From: Lingula anatina
Lineage: Eukaryota; Animalia; Brachiopoda
Assembly (NCBI GenBank): GCA_051362555.1
Contig: CM120644.1
Location: 1,496,954-1,560,953, forward strand
Direction: 5' to 3'
DNA length: 64,000 nt
The number at the start of each line of letters is the position of its first letter. Position 1 is the stretch's first letter. The translations under genes were made by a program, and so were the position numbers. Positions 27,083 through 40,150 of this stretch are shown piece after piece. The notes under the pieces are model-generated. The model made no database searches, had not been told where the DNA came from, and saw only the letters and a program-made list of their open reading frames with translations.

Positions 27083-30000
27083 TATGGGTAGTCAGTATCT
27101 GATGACAAAAGGGTAACTGGGTAGCCAGTATCTAATGACAAAAGGGTAACTGGGTAGCCAGTATCTAATGACAAAAGGGTAATTGGGCAGTCGGTATCTG
27201 ATGACAAAAAGGTAACTGGGCAGTCAGTATCTAATGACAAAAGGGTAACTAAGTAGTTGGTATCTAATGACAAAAGGGTAACTGGGTAGCCAGTATCTAA
27301 TGACAAAAGGGTAATTGGGTAGTCGGTATCTGATGACAAAAGGGTAACTGGGTAGTCGGTATCTGATGACAAAAGGGTAACTGGGTAGTTGGTATCTGAT
27401 GACAACATGGTAACTAGGTAGTCAGTATCTAATGACAAAAGGGTAACTGGGTAGTCGGTATCTGATGACAAAAGGGTAACTGGGTAGTCGGTATCTGATG
27501 ACAAAAGGGTGACTGGGTAGTCAGTATCTAATGACTAAAGGGTAACTGGGTAGTCAGTATCTAATGACAAAAGGGTAACTGGGTGGTCGGTATCTGATGA
27601 AACAAGAGTAACTAGGTAGTTGGTATCTGATGACAAAAGGGTAACTAGGTAGTTGGTATCTGATGGCAAAATGGTAACTAGGTAGTTGGTATCTGATGAC
27701 AAAATGGTAACTGGGTAGTCAGTATCTAATGACAAAAGGGTAACTGGGTAGTCAGTATCTAATGAAAAGGGTACTTGGGTAGCCAGTATCAAATGACAAA
27801 AGGGTTATTGGGTAGTCAATATCTAATGAGAAAAGGGTAACTGGGTAGTCAGTATCTAATGACAAAAGGGTAACTGGGTAGTTGGTATCTGATGACAAAA
27901 AGGTAACTGGGTAGTCAGTGTCTAATGACAAAAGGGTAATTGGGTAATGGGTATCTGATGACAAAAGGGTAACTGGGTAGTCAGTATCTGATGACAAATG
28001 GGTAACTGGGTAGTCGGTATCTGATGACAAAATGGTAACTGGGTAGTCAGTATCTGATGACGAAAGGGTAACTAGGTAGTTGGTATCTGATGACAAAAGG
28101 GTAACTGGGTTGTCAGTATCTAATGACAAAAGGGTAACTAGGTAGTCGGTATCTGATGACAAAAGGGTAACTGGGTGGTCGGTATCTGATGAAAAAGGGT
28201 AACTAGGTAGTTGGTATCTGAAGACAAAAGGGTAACTAGGTAGTTGGTATCTGATGACAAAATAGTAACTGGGTAGTCAGTATCTTATGACAAAAGGGTA
28301 ACTAGGTAGTCGGTATCTGATGACAAAAGGGTAACTGGGTGGTCGGTATCTGATGAAAAAAGGGTAACTAGGTAGTTGGTATCTGATGACAAAAGGGTAA
28401 CTAAGTAGTCGGTATCTAATGACAAAATAGTAACTGGGTAGTCGGTATCTGATGACAAAAGAGTAACTGGGTAGTCAGTATCTAATGACAAAAGGGTACT
28501 TGGGTAGCCAGTATCAAATGACAAAGGGTTATTGGGTAGTCAGTATTTAATGACAAAATGGTAACTGGGTAGTTGGTTTCTGATGACAAAAGGGTAACTA
28601 GGTAGTTGGTATCTTATGACAAAAGGGTAACTAGGTAGTTGGTATCTGATGACAAAATGGTAACTGGGTAGTCAGTATCTGATGACAAAATGGTAACTGG
28701 GTAGTCAATATCTAATGACAAAAGGGTAACTAGGTAGAGAGTATCTAAAGACAAAAGGGTAATTGGGTAGTCGGTATTTGATGACAAAAGGGTAATTGGG
28801 TAGTCGGTATCTGATGACAAAAAGGTAACTGGGTAGTCAGTATCTAATGACAAAAGGGTAACTGGGTAGTTGGTATCTGATGACAAAATGGTAACTGGGT
28901 AGTCAGTATCTAATGACAAAAGGGTAACTAAGTAGTTGGTATCTAATGACAAAAGGGTAACTGGGTAGCCAGTATCTAATGACAAAAAGGTAATTGGGTA
29001 GTCGGTATCTGATGACAAAAAGGTAACTGGGTAGTCAGTATCTAATGACAAAAGGGTAACTAGGTAGTTGGTATCTGATGACAAAAGGGTAACTGGGTAG
29101 TCAGCATCTGATGACAAAATGATAACTGGGTGGTTGGTATCTGATGACAAAAGGGTAACTAGGTATTTTGTATCTAATGACAAAAGGGTAACTGGGTAGT
29201 CAGTATCTAATGAAAAAAGGGTAACTGGGTAGTTGGTATCTGATGACAAAAGGGTAACTGGGTAGTTGGTATCTGATGAAAAAAGGGTAACTGGGTAGTC
29301 GGCATCTGATGACAAAATGGTAACTGGGTGGTCATTATCTAATGACAAAATGGTAACTGGGTGGTCATTATCTAATGACAAAAGGGTAACTGGGTAGACA
29401 GTATCTAATGAAAAAAGGGTAACTGGGTAATTGGTATCTAATGGCAAAAGGGTAACTGGGTAGTCAGTATCTAATGACAACATGGTAATTGGGTAGTCAG
29501 TATCTAATGACTAAAGTGTAACTGGGTAGTCAGTATCTAATGACAAAAGGGTAACTAGGTAGTTGGTATCTGATGACAAAAGGGTAACCGGGTAGTTGGT
29601 ATCTAATGGCAAAAGGGTAACTGGGTAGTCAGTATCTAATGACAACATGGTAATTGGGTAGTCAGTATCTAATGACTAAAGTGTAACTGGGTAGTCAGTA
29701 TCTAATGACAAAAGGGTAACTAGGTAGTTGGTATCTGATGACAAAAGGGTAACTGGGTAGTCGGCATCTGATGACAAAAGGGTAACTGGGTAGTCGGTAT
29801 CTTATGACAAAAGGGTAACTAGGTAGTTGGTATCTGATGACAAAAGGGTAACTGGGTAGTCGGCATCTGATGACAAAATGGTAACTGGGTAGTTGGTATC
29901 TGATGACAAAAGGGAAACTGGGTAGTCGGTATCTGATGACAAAAAGGTAACTGGGTAGTCAGTATCTTATGACAAAAGGGTAACTAGGTAGTTGGTATCT

Positions 30001-30533
30001 GATGACAAAAGGGTAACTGGGTAGTCGGCATCTGATGACAAAATGGTAACTGGGTAGTCAGTATCTAATGACAAAAGGGTAACTGGGTAGTCAGTATCTT
30101 ATGACAAAAGGGTAACTAGGTAGTTGGTATCTGATGACAAAAGGGTAACTGGGTAGTCGGCATCTGATGACAAAATGGTAACTGGGTAGTCAGTATCTAA
30201 TGACAAAAGGGTAACTGGGTAGCCAGAATCTAATGACAAAAGGGTAATTGGGTTGTTGGTATCTGATGACAAAAAGGTAACTGGGTAGTCAGTATCTAAT
30301 GACAAAAGGGTAACTGGGTAGTCGGTATCTGATGACAAAAGGGTAACTGGGTAGTCGGTATCTGATGACAAAAAGGTAACTGGGAAGTCAGTATCTAATG
30401 ACAAAAGGGTAACTGGGTAGTCAGCATCTGATGACAAAATGGTAACTGGGTAGTCAGTATCTAATGACAAAAGGGTAAATGGGTAGTTGGTATCTGATGA
30501 CAAAAGGGTAACTGGGTAGCCTGTATCTGATGA
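27083..30533. repeat. 33-bp minisatellite, about 3.45 kb (roughly 100 units)
   Basis: Unit GGGTAACTGGGTAGTCAGTATCTAATGACAAAA repeated continuously with point variants. Confidence 0.97.
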
Positions 30534-31037
30534 TAGACCAAGACACAGTTAAGACACAGCCCTTTTAATTTACAGAACTATAATTTTAGCCTTGAATGGT
30601 CAAAAATGCATGGTTATAGTACTCCTTGATTAATAGCAGCTTCCGATACTCTTGATCACGACATATTGCTTCATCAACTTGCCCATTGTTTTAGAATAAT
30701 GGATACAGTTCCCTTCTGGTTTCAATATTATCCTACTGGACATGTGCACTAAGTTCTTCTGTTCCCCAGGCCTTTTTGTGAAAATCACGAGAAGAAGCAG
30801 CTGTTGAGGCTTGTGTGCTTGAACCCAGATACTTCACTTAAGACCAGTTACTTAGTCTTCCGTGGTGATAATCCGAATGGGTACATTTCAAAGACAGACC
30901 ATACTAGGTAGAGTGAGTGGTTTTCACTAATAACAAAAATACCCAACGGGACCCTCTTATTATAACTTCAAAAGTTTTCCAACAAAATATTAGGACCAAT
31001 GATTACTTCAAGTTAGATTATTACCCTTTTTTTGGGA

Positions 31038-31480
31038 TACAGAACAGTAAAGGAACCAAGATTCAACCCAGCTCAGTACAGGGAGACAGTCGACATACCA
31101 ATACTTCTTTTGCTAGTTAAAAACAGGAAAGGAACCAAGATTCAGCCCACTGCAGGGAGAAAGTAGACATAACAGTAGCTGTGTGTGCTAGTGAGAGCAA
31201 TAAAGGAACCAACATTCGGCCCTGTGCAGGGAGTCAGTCCACATACTGGCACTCTTGTGTGCTATTAGAGAACAGTGAAGGAACCAACACTCACCCATGT
31301 GCAGAAAGGTATTCGTCATATCTTTGTGTGAAATGCAGAGAGACATTTGATATATTACCTAGTTCCTTTTCTTTCTAACAGAGAACAGTAAAGAAATCAA
31401 CTCTCAGCCAACGGCAAGGAGACAGTCAACATAGCGGAACGTTTATGTGCTAGTAGAGAACAGTCGACATGCTGCTGCCT
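31038..31480. repeat. Degenerate tandem repeat (about 75-110 bp, about 5 units) upstream of the ROCO start
   Basis: Recurrent GAACAGTAAAGGAACCAA...CAGGGAGACAGTCGACATA...GTGCTAG. Confidence 0.6.
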
Positions 31481-31783
31481 TGTGCTAGGGTTCGACAGGG
31501 TGCATGTTTCTTCACCGTGAACAACACTTACAAACACAATAAATACAATTATCTTGAAACACAACGTAGAATTTGCATTGCCCTTGTACAGGCTCTTTTT
31601 TCCACTACTACACGTAATGCAATTTATCGGCATTCATTGAATGGTGTGGCATGTTTAGCACATGGTAGCCGGTGCTGCAAAAATACATTTACCTATCTAT
31701 CATAAGTATGAAATATTCCCCAAAAAGCATTGTTTCCCAAAACAGGCAGTAAAGTATTTGGAGATTACCCAATAAAATAGAAA

Positions 31784-34700
31784 ATGGGTTCATTTTTAAG
31801 CAAAATGTGCATTACCTGTTACCAAAGGCAATATGGAGACCAGGAAAAACTAGATATTCTTTATAAACTGGATGAAGATCCCAGTTACCAAGGACCAGGC
31901 ACGGACCAGGTAGAAACATGGACAGAACTTAACCTTAGGGGACTGGGGTGCAGACTTCCAGATAGCATAAAACGTTGTATGAATCTTACGACACTTGATG
32001 TTTCCAAAAATCATCTTATGGAGGAAGAACACATTATCACAATATTTAGTCTGGAGACACTTGAAGAGCTAAACATGTCCAATTGCGGTATTGCTTTAAT
32101 GCCCCCGGAAATAACACTGCCCAAACATTTGAGAAAGCTTAACTTATCCGGAAACCAGCTGACAGAGATACCACCACCAGTATGCAGCCTCCTGCAGTTG
32201 GGAGAACTCAATCTAAAGAACAACAAAATAACTACAGTCAGCCCAAATTTAAAAAGACTGTGCAACTTGAAAAAATTAGACCTCTCCAAAAATCCTTTAC
32301 AAGTATTCCCTTTTACAATTTTAGAGATGAAAACCTTGGAAAACCTTAATTTAGCGGGTGCCAATATTACTACAATCCCACAACAGATAAAACAGTTCAT
32401 AGAGCTTAGTGCAATAGACCTGTCTAATAACCAGTTAGAGGAATTTCCACTGTCACTGTTGAGGCTGAAAACACTCAAGACACTTAAGCTTTTTAAGTCC
32501 AATATTACCACAGTGCCACCTCAGATAACACAACTTAAAAATCTAAGGGAATTGAACCTGTCTGGGAACCAGCTAAAAGAATTTCCAATGTCAGTGTGTG
32601 AGCTGCTGACACTAGAGATCCTTGACCTCTCTCAAACAACCATCACTACAGTGCCACCTCAGATGACACAACTTAAGAATCTGAAGAAACTGAACCTGTG
32701 TAACAACCTGTTGGAAGAATTCCCAATGTCAGTGTGTGAGCTGGTGACACTGGAGACCCTTGACCTCACTAGTTCATACAGCATGACAGTGCCATCTCAG
32801 ATAACACAACTTAAGAATCTGAGGGCATTGCACCTGTGTAACAACCAGTTGATAGAATTTCCAATGTCAGTGTGTGAGCTGGTGACACTGGAGACCCTTG
32901 ACATCTGGGACAACTTCATCACTACAGTGCCACCTCAGATAGCACAACTTAAGAAGCTAAAGAAATTGAACCTGTGTAACAACCGGTTGATAGAATTTCC
33001 AATGTCAGTATGTGAGCTGGTGACACTGGAGACCCTTGAACTCTGGGGCAACAGGGTCACTACAGTGTTACCTCAGATAACACAACTAAAGAATCTAAAG
33101 TGGTTGGACCTGTCTCTGAACCCGTTGAAAGAATTTCCAATGTCAGTGTGTAAGCTGATGGCACTGGAGACCCTTCACCTCTCAAAATCCAACATCACTA
33201 CAGTGCCACCTCAGATAACACAACTTAAGAATCTAAAGCGGTTGAGCCTGTCTCTGAACCAGTTGAAAGAATTTCCAATGTCAGTGTGTAAGCTGATGGC
33301 ACTAGAGACCCTTCACCTCTCAAAATCCAACATCACTACAGTGCCACCTCAGATAACACAACTTAAGAACCTGAAGGAATTAATCCTGTCTGCGAACCAG
33401 TTGAAAGAATTCCCAATGTCCGTGTGTGAGCTGGTGACACTAGAGACCCTTGAACTCGCTGAAGATAACATCACTACAGTGCCACCTCAGATAAAACAAC
33501 TAAAGAATCTGAAGAAATTGGATCTGCATATCAACCAGTTGGAAGAATTTCCAATGTCAATCTGTGAGCTTGTGACACTGGAGACCCTTGCGATCGTAAA
33601 GACCAACATCTCTACAGTGCCACCTCAGATAACACAACTTAAGCACCTGAAGGAATTAATATTTTCTTCGAACCAGTTGAAAGAATTCCCAGTTTTTGTG
33701 TGTGAGCTGGTAACACTGGAGACCCTTAACCTCTGCAACAACAGCATCAGTACAGTGCCACCTCAGATAACACAACTAAAGAATCTGAAGGAATTGAACC
33801 TGTCTCAGAACCAGTTGAAAGAATTCCCACTGTCATTGTGTGAGCTGGTGAACCTGGAGACCCTCAAACTTGACAGTAATAGAATCAGCCAAGTCCCACC
33901 AGGGATTAAACAACTACAAGTGCTCAGACGTTGTTATTTGCATATAAATAAATTGGACCAGCTGCCCCCTGATGTACGTTTCCTGTCTCAACTCGAGATT
34001 TTTGATTTGAGAGTAAACAAACTAATACAACCACCACAAGAAGTAGCAGACAGAGGGGCATCAGCTGTCAAGAGGTATTTTGATGATTTAGTCAAAACCA
34101 AGGCAACATCATCGTTTAGACTACAAGTACAAGTTATTGGTGAAACATGTGCAGGGAAGACTAGTTTGGTAAAAACCTTGACATCTGGCAGGCCTTTCTT
34201 GACGACAAAGGCAGACAGAACCCACGTCATGGAGCAGATTGCGTGGTCACCAAAGGAAGATGTTTTTCTCAACATCAATGATTTTGGGGGCCATGAAGTT
34301 TATAAAGTTGCACATAACTTCTTCGTCACCAAAGAAGCAATAACACTGATAGTGTTTAATCTTCAGACATTGTCTTCTAAGTACCAAGAAGCAGTCGGAA
34401 GCTGGATAGATAACGTTTACATCAGGGCACCGGATTCAGCTATACTTCTTGTGGGTACACATGCTGATTGCCTAAGCAAAGAAGAAGTAGACACAAGCAC
34501 GAGGGAGCTTTTATCTGCCCTAAGTTCCCACTTAAGTGATATGGCATCCTACTTTAGAACAAGGTTTGAAGAATTAGAAAAGAGAAGCAAAAGCAAAGAA
34601 TCCGGTCAAAATCCATACAAAGAAAAGGTGGCTCGAATTGTGAGGCTGAATGAGACACCACCACGTGTTGCCAAACATGTATTTGTTATCAGTTCGAAAA

Positions 34701-35834
34701 ATGCCAGTGGAATAGCCGAGCTTGAGGAAGAGCTAATAAGAAAAGCGAGAGAAAAGAATTACATATTGCCAGAGTCTTGGCTGCAGAAGGTGGAGCACAT
34801 TGAGACAGCAAAGCATAATGAACAAGATCCTTACCTAACACTGGATTCCCTGGCGGAGATGACACAATCACAAATGCAGGGAGGTGATGATGCTCAAAGA
34901 GTTAAAGACGTAGTGAGTTTTTTGCATGCCACCGGTGCTGTTCTTTGGTTTAGAGATAAGCCAGTGTTAAAGACCTTTATATTCCACAGACAAGATGTTT
35001 TCATTGATATCTTGAAGGCAGTTCTTCGTCATGATATAGATTCCATACTTGAATATAATAGCGACCCTTTCAACAAGAAATTCAGCTGGGAGAAATTTGA
35101 ATCTGCCAAGAACGATGTGTTGCAAAGAGGAATCATCAGTAGGACCATGTTGGAATGTTTGTGGCGGAGATTCAACTTTGGAAAACATGGTCTTGACGCC
35201 ATATTAGAGTTGTTTGAAGACTTTGAGGTTTGTTACATTGTGGAAGATGCTAATGGAGATCAATACCATTTCCCATGGCTTTTGAAAGAAGATCGACCTG
35301 AAGGTATTTCTTCCAGTTGGCCTGCTGTTCCATCCAGAGATGACTTTCAGATATCATTAGAGGTTCATTTTCCAGTCACCTGTCCCACTGGACTGTATGA
35401 AATGGCGGCAGTGCATCTCCATGGCCACTTGGGGCAGTTCAAGGCATCGCGAAGAGACTGGAAAGATGGTTTCTATGCAAAGCTTGACAACCAATTTCGA
35501 ATTTGTTTTGAAAGAGAAGTTATCGGTGCGCCACCCAATGGAGTTATTCGACTCTCCATACGTGGCAATCATCCCATTCAATTGAAGAAGTACAGTTTGG
35601 ATATATTTCGGGATCTTCTCTCTGTGGCAGAAAAAGAATGCCCTGGTTCTCCTTGGGATGAATTCCTGGTGTGTCCGCACTGTATCCACGAAAAGAACAA
35701 TCCACCAACGCTGTTTGACACCCCTGTATCTCTCCTGAGTGTTCCCTTAAAAGCACCAGTTCCTTACCACCCGTGTCCAGAGGAAGAACCAGAGTGCATG
35801 GCTTCTGCAGACTACTACTATCCAGTGACTAGAG
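31784..35834 (+). CDS. ROCO protein exon 1: myristoylation motif, about 30 LRRs, ROC GTPase, COR (MFHAS1/MASL1-like core)
   Basis: Open 4051-nt exon. MGSFLSK start, 23-aa LxxLxLxxNxLxxFP repeats, ROC motifs GETCAGKTS (G1), DFGG (G3), VGTHAD (G4), ISSK (G5), COR-type FLHATGAVLWF and YHFPWLL, C-terminal CPHC...CP...C. Donor G|GTGAAT, phase 1. Confidence 0.93.
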
Positions 35835-36053
35835 GTGAATATATATTGATACTTATTATTATTAATGCTTATCATTTACACTGTACACTTTTACCACGCA
35901 TAAGGCATGTATAATTTGGTGTTACCTTTACCCAAAGAGCAGAACAGAGAGTAAGATTTAAGAACAGACTGTACACATACGAATATCACCATATGACCGT
36001 TTGTCATACATATGGCGTTTTAAAAGCATTCTTTTCTCTTTCCATATTTGAAG

Positions 36054-36312
36054 GGAAAATGACAGACCTTCACTACACGTCCCTTGAGAAACATCTCGTA
36101 CAGCTTGTGGATGATGTTCGAGGCAGCCGTACTAATATACTCTGTCGCCTCGTTAAAGCTCGTGTATTAACAGAGGAAGAGAAGGCAGACCTGGTTTTGG
36201 GAGAAGAAGATAGACTTATTGGATTTCTTCGGAGAAAGCATGATTCCGCTTTCTACATATTCTGTGGTGCTCTTCATGACAATGGCCATGTTGAAACTGT
36301 TCAACGTTTGAG
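36054..36312 (+). CDS. ROCO exon 2: CARD-like death-fold domain
   Basis: Pyrimidine tract then AG at 36052-36053, phase 1 joins in frame (GKMTDLHY...). LEKHLVQLVDDV...ILCRLVKARVLTEEE...RLIGFLRRKHDSAFYIFCGAL matches the CARD pattern. Donor AG|GTAAAG, phase 2. Confidence 0.85.
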
Positions 36313-36911
36313 GTAAAGCAAGAGTGTTTAATACCAATTTACTTTAAATTGATATACTCGGTCTATATTCCACCATATAGATGTATATATGTTTCTACCT
36401 GAGCTGTGGTAAGTTGTTTTATCTGCTTTCTAAAATAAGTCCAGTGATTGTTGTCAAATAAATAACATAAAATTCCCTGATAAATATTTCAATTCAGGTT
36501 GCAACTGCTATTGGATGGCCCCTAAAATCCTTTTCAACATTGACATAAAATCCTGTTAATGAGTACATGCAACTTGAAAAATAATTGTGGAATGACTTAA
36601 GCAGTTTGACACATTTTGGAGAACCAAGTATTTAAAGTAATATTTGCAACAATTAATTATAAAAAAAACTATTCCATTTTGAGTATTCCCCTGAATTATT
36701 ATTCAGTGTTGTGGAATAAACTGAAGTTTATCATAAGGGATTACACAATTTAAATTGATTCATTGTCCATGTCTTTTGATCGCCTTATTGTCATAATTTG
36801 TACTACATAAATGTTATGCAAGACACATTGATATTTTCAAGGGGAAAAACACAAATGAATTATTATTAACATCAAAAAAACTGATCCAACAATAAACGTT
36901 CGATATTTCAG

Positions 36912-37161
36912 ATTACCTGACATGGCCGTGATGCTATCAGAAGATGACTTCAGAAAACACCTGCAGAGATTACAGTCAAAAGATGTTCTATCACAACCAG
37001 ATATTGATGCAGTGATGAGTGAACCAGACAAGTCGTGGAGAGTATCAGCACTAGTGAAGAAGTTAAGGGAAAACAAGAATAGCCAGGAGGCAGGACGCGC
37101 CTTTGGTGAATTCCGGGATGCTCTGTATGATGAGACTACAAGGCTGAAAGAATTATACTAG
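36912..37161 (+). CDS. ROCO exon 3: second CARD-like/death-fold domain and stop (spliced CDS 4560 nt, 1519 aa)
   Basis: Acceptor tttcag, phase 2 joins in frame: (R)LPDMAVMLSEDDFRKHLQRLQSKDVLSQPDIDAV...RAFGEFRDALYDETTRLKELY*. Homologous to 396-636. Confidence 0.85.
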
Positions 37162-37183
37162 GTGGGATTTTGGTATTGAAGAC

Positions 37184-37184
37184 T

Positions 37185-37225
<41 letters not shown>
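37184..37225. repeat. (TTG)n microsatellite
   Basis: Read directly. Confidence 0.9.
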
Positions 37226-37584
37226 AATCCCTGTATATACTGTTTCCTTAAGTGATTTTTTAAAGTCATCCAACTCCAGTAATAATAAAAAGGAGAAGAA
37301 CACTACTAATGTGTCCTCTTGTATAATATCAAGTAGATCTAGCTTAAAACAATAAGCTGGTCAGAAGGCTGATGTATTATTAACACTGCTACTTCGCAGG
37401 GCTTACATCCTACTAAAGAAAATGTTTTGTTGGTAAGATATTGTTGAGCAGCAGATAAGACATTTCAAAGTGGACAGCTAACAAAGAGTGCATTCTAAAG
37501 CAAGTCAAATATAATATATGATAAATGAGATCACTGAGCATTTTCTAGTTAGATATAGGCAGCTGTTAATGTATCAGAATATAC

Positions 37585-40074
37585 CATTTTATTCTGTTTT
37601 GTAGGGGCGCTGCAGTCTTCACTACAGTTTTACCTACAGTACCTATACCGTTACGGGGATGGACACAACAAGCCTATCATTGCAGTCACCTACTGCGTCA
37701 ACCTACCGTGACACTACAACCTACTGGCACTGTACAGGTAGACTGAAGTTTACTGTATATAATATGTATATGTCTGTAGACATATCAGAATTGATGCTAC
37801 AGGTAGACTGAAATTTACTGTATATAATATGTATATATCTGTAGACATAACAGAATTGATGCTACAGGTAGACTGAAATTTACTGTATATAATATGTATA
37901 TATCTGTAGACATAACAGAATTGATGCTACAGGTAGACTGAAATTTACTGTGTATAATATGTATATATCTGTAGACATAACAGAATTGATGCTACAGGTA
38001 GACTGAAATTTACTGTATATAATATGTATATATCTGTAGACATATCAGAATTGATGCTACAGGTAGACTGAAATTTACTGTATATAATATGTATATATCT
38101 GTAGACATAACAGAATTGATGCTACAGGTAGACTGAAATTTACTGTGTATAATATGTATATATCTGTAGACATGACAGAACTGATGCTACAGGTAGACTG
38201 AAGTTTACTGTATATAATATGTATATATCTGTAGACATAACAGAATTGATGCTACAGGTAGACTGAAGTTTACTGTATATAATATGTATATATCTGTAGA
38301 CATAACAGAATTGATACTACAGGTAGACTGAAGTTCACTCTGTATAATATGTATATAATATGTATACAACAAAATAGCATTTTGTTAGCAGATAATGCCA
38401 TACATGTACCGTGTATATATTGTACAGTCATTTAAAATTTGTAATGAATCTCTTGCAGCAAATTAGTGAAATGGGGTAATTTTTGTCAAGTGTGTTTGCA
38501 ATTTAAACAGAGTGAACTCCAATAACTATTTTTCTGCTAAATTAATGTCTTTCGGATCAGTGCGTCGAATAAAATTGTGAAAAAAAATCACATTCCCATC
38601 ACTTAAGTTAATATATATTGTTTAACAGAGGGATTGATATTTGTGTTATATACTGTATGTTTTGTGTGTTTTAAAAGGCCATGTAACCACGGGCATGGAC
38701 GAACAGTATTTAGATAGCATTTTCTTATACTCCGTTTATAAACTATGCTAGCTTATTTTTCTAACCTCACATACTCCATGTATTTTATATAGAGGGGTTA
38801 TAATGCCATAAATTTTGAGATTATAAGGTTTGGCCCACGCCGTTTGCTTAAGATTGCAGGGGACAATTTAAAAAAAAAACTTAAGTCAAAGGCTTAAGTT
38901 TTAAAAAAGTTTTGGCACCTCATTAAGTAGAGGACATCCACTTTAAGCCTAGCAAGGACACAGGCTTTACTAAGATTAAGAAATAATGAAACTAGCGTTT
39001 ACACAAATATTTTCATTTTAAGTAGTAGAGACTGGATTCAAAGGGGGGGTCCGGGATGGGGGGGGGGGGAATCCAGTTTTTCCATGATGACCCTTCAAAC
39101 TAAGATCTAAGCTTCAAAGTAATAAAAAAAACTAATTTGCTCTCAATAAAAAGTATCGGCATAATTTAATATTGTGCGTGGTATTTCAAGGCGCAGACGT
39201 GGCACACAGTAGAAATTGATACCCCTCCCCCCCGCCCCCCCCCCGCCCCCTCCGCAATTCGCCTCAGCCTGTCCCGACTACTGAAGTTACATGTATCTTA
39301 CCAGCTCTAAGACATGCAGTGTGTATTAGACCCTGTTCCACGTTGTTGGAGTGTTTATAGCGGAGTGCATTTTAAGTGAGAACCAGTAACTAGTGGACTG
39401 AGTAATGCACATATACATTTTATCAGTAGCTAAATTACCGCATGAAGTATAAGAATGTAAGTTCAAGTGTACCTACACAAGTAGTGACAATTTATTTGAA
39501 GTATGCGAGCAATATAACGATTGAAAGATACATGAGTTAATTTTGAGCTGAAAAATTTAGAGAGGACTGTTTGGTTATTTGTTGCATATTATTCTTTGTA
39601 ATCAGTATCACAACACTGTTATAAACGATTAGATATATACTACATGTATATAATAGGCCTACGTTTTGAATGTACATAACTGTATCATCTGACTATGACA
39701 GTGGTGGTACTATATACACTGTATAACGAGTTTGAACATATACATGTACGTTATATTATCGACTGAACACATTGTGACGCAGTAGTTAAAATCGTGCCAC
39801 ATAAAGTGCCCTCTTGCATGCTGACTTTGTAAACAGAGCATCGACTTGTAAAACTGATATTCACATGTATTATCAGCCGGAAAACAACCAGATGTATAAT
39901 TTGGAAAGTACATAGTCACATTTTCCTGGTTTCCGTGCACACTGTTACGGCCTATTTATATACTTGTATATGTTTTTATTTAAATTGATTCACAATAAGA
40001 TGTTAATGTACATGTTCAGTTGCGCATAGTAGCATATTATTTTGACATAATAGTTACATTACAAAATGAAATAC

Positions 40075-40150
<76 letters not shown>

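Noticed and set aside
27082-30503. Long minus-strand ORFs of SSDTDYPVTLL repeats as a repeat protein
   Set aside because: They arise from a 33-bp unit being divisible by 3. The frame is broken by stops and 1-nt indels, and there is no unique N- or C-terminus.
27083-30533. CRISPR array (33-bp repeat)
   Set aside because: Units are contiguous with no unique spacers, there are no cas genes, and the context is eukaryotic.
32011-35756. Antisense ORFs within the ROCO exon
   Set aside because: Shadow frames of the sense CDS with no independent motifs.
35835-35914. C-terminal tail EYILILIIINAYHLHCTLLPRIRHV of the 1376-aa ORF as a transmembrane anchor
   Set aside because: It follows a GT donor whose phase matches the next exon and is AT-rich, so intron read-through is more likely. 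A retained-intron isoform is not excluded.
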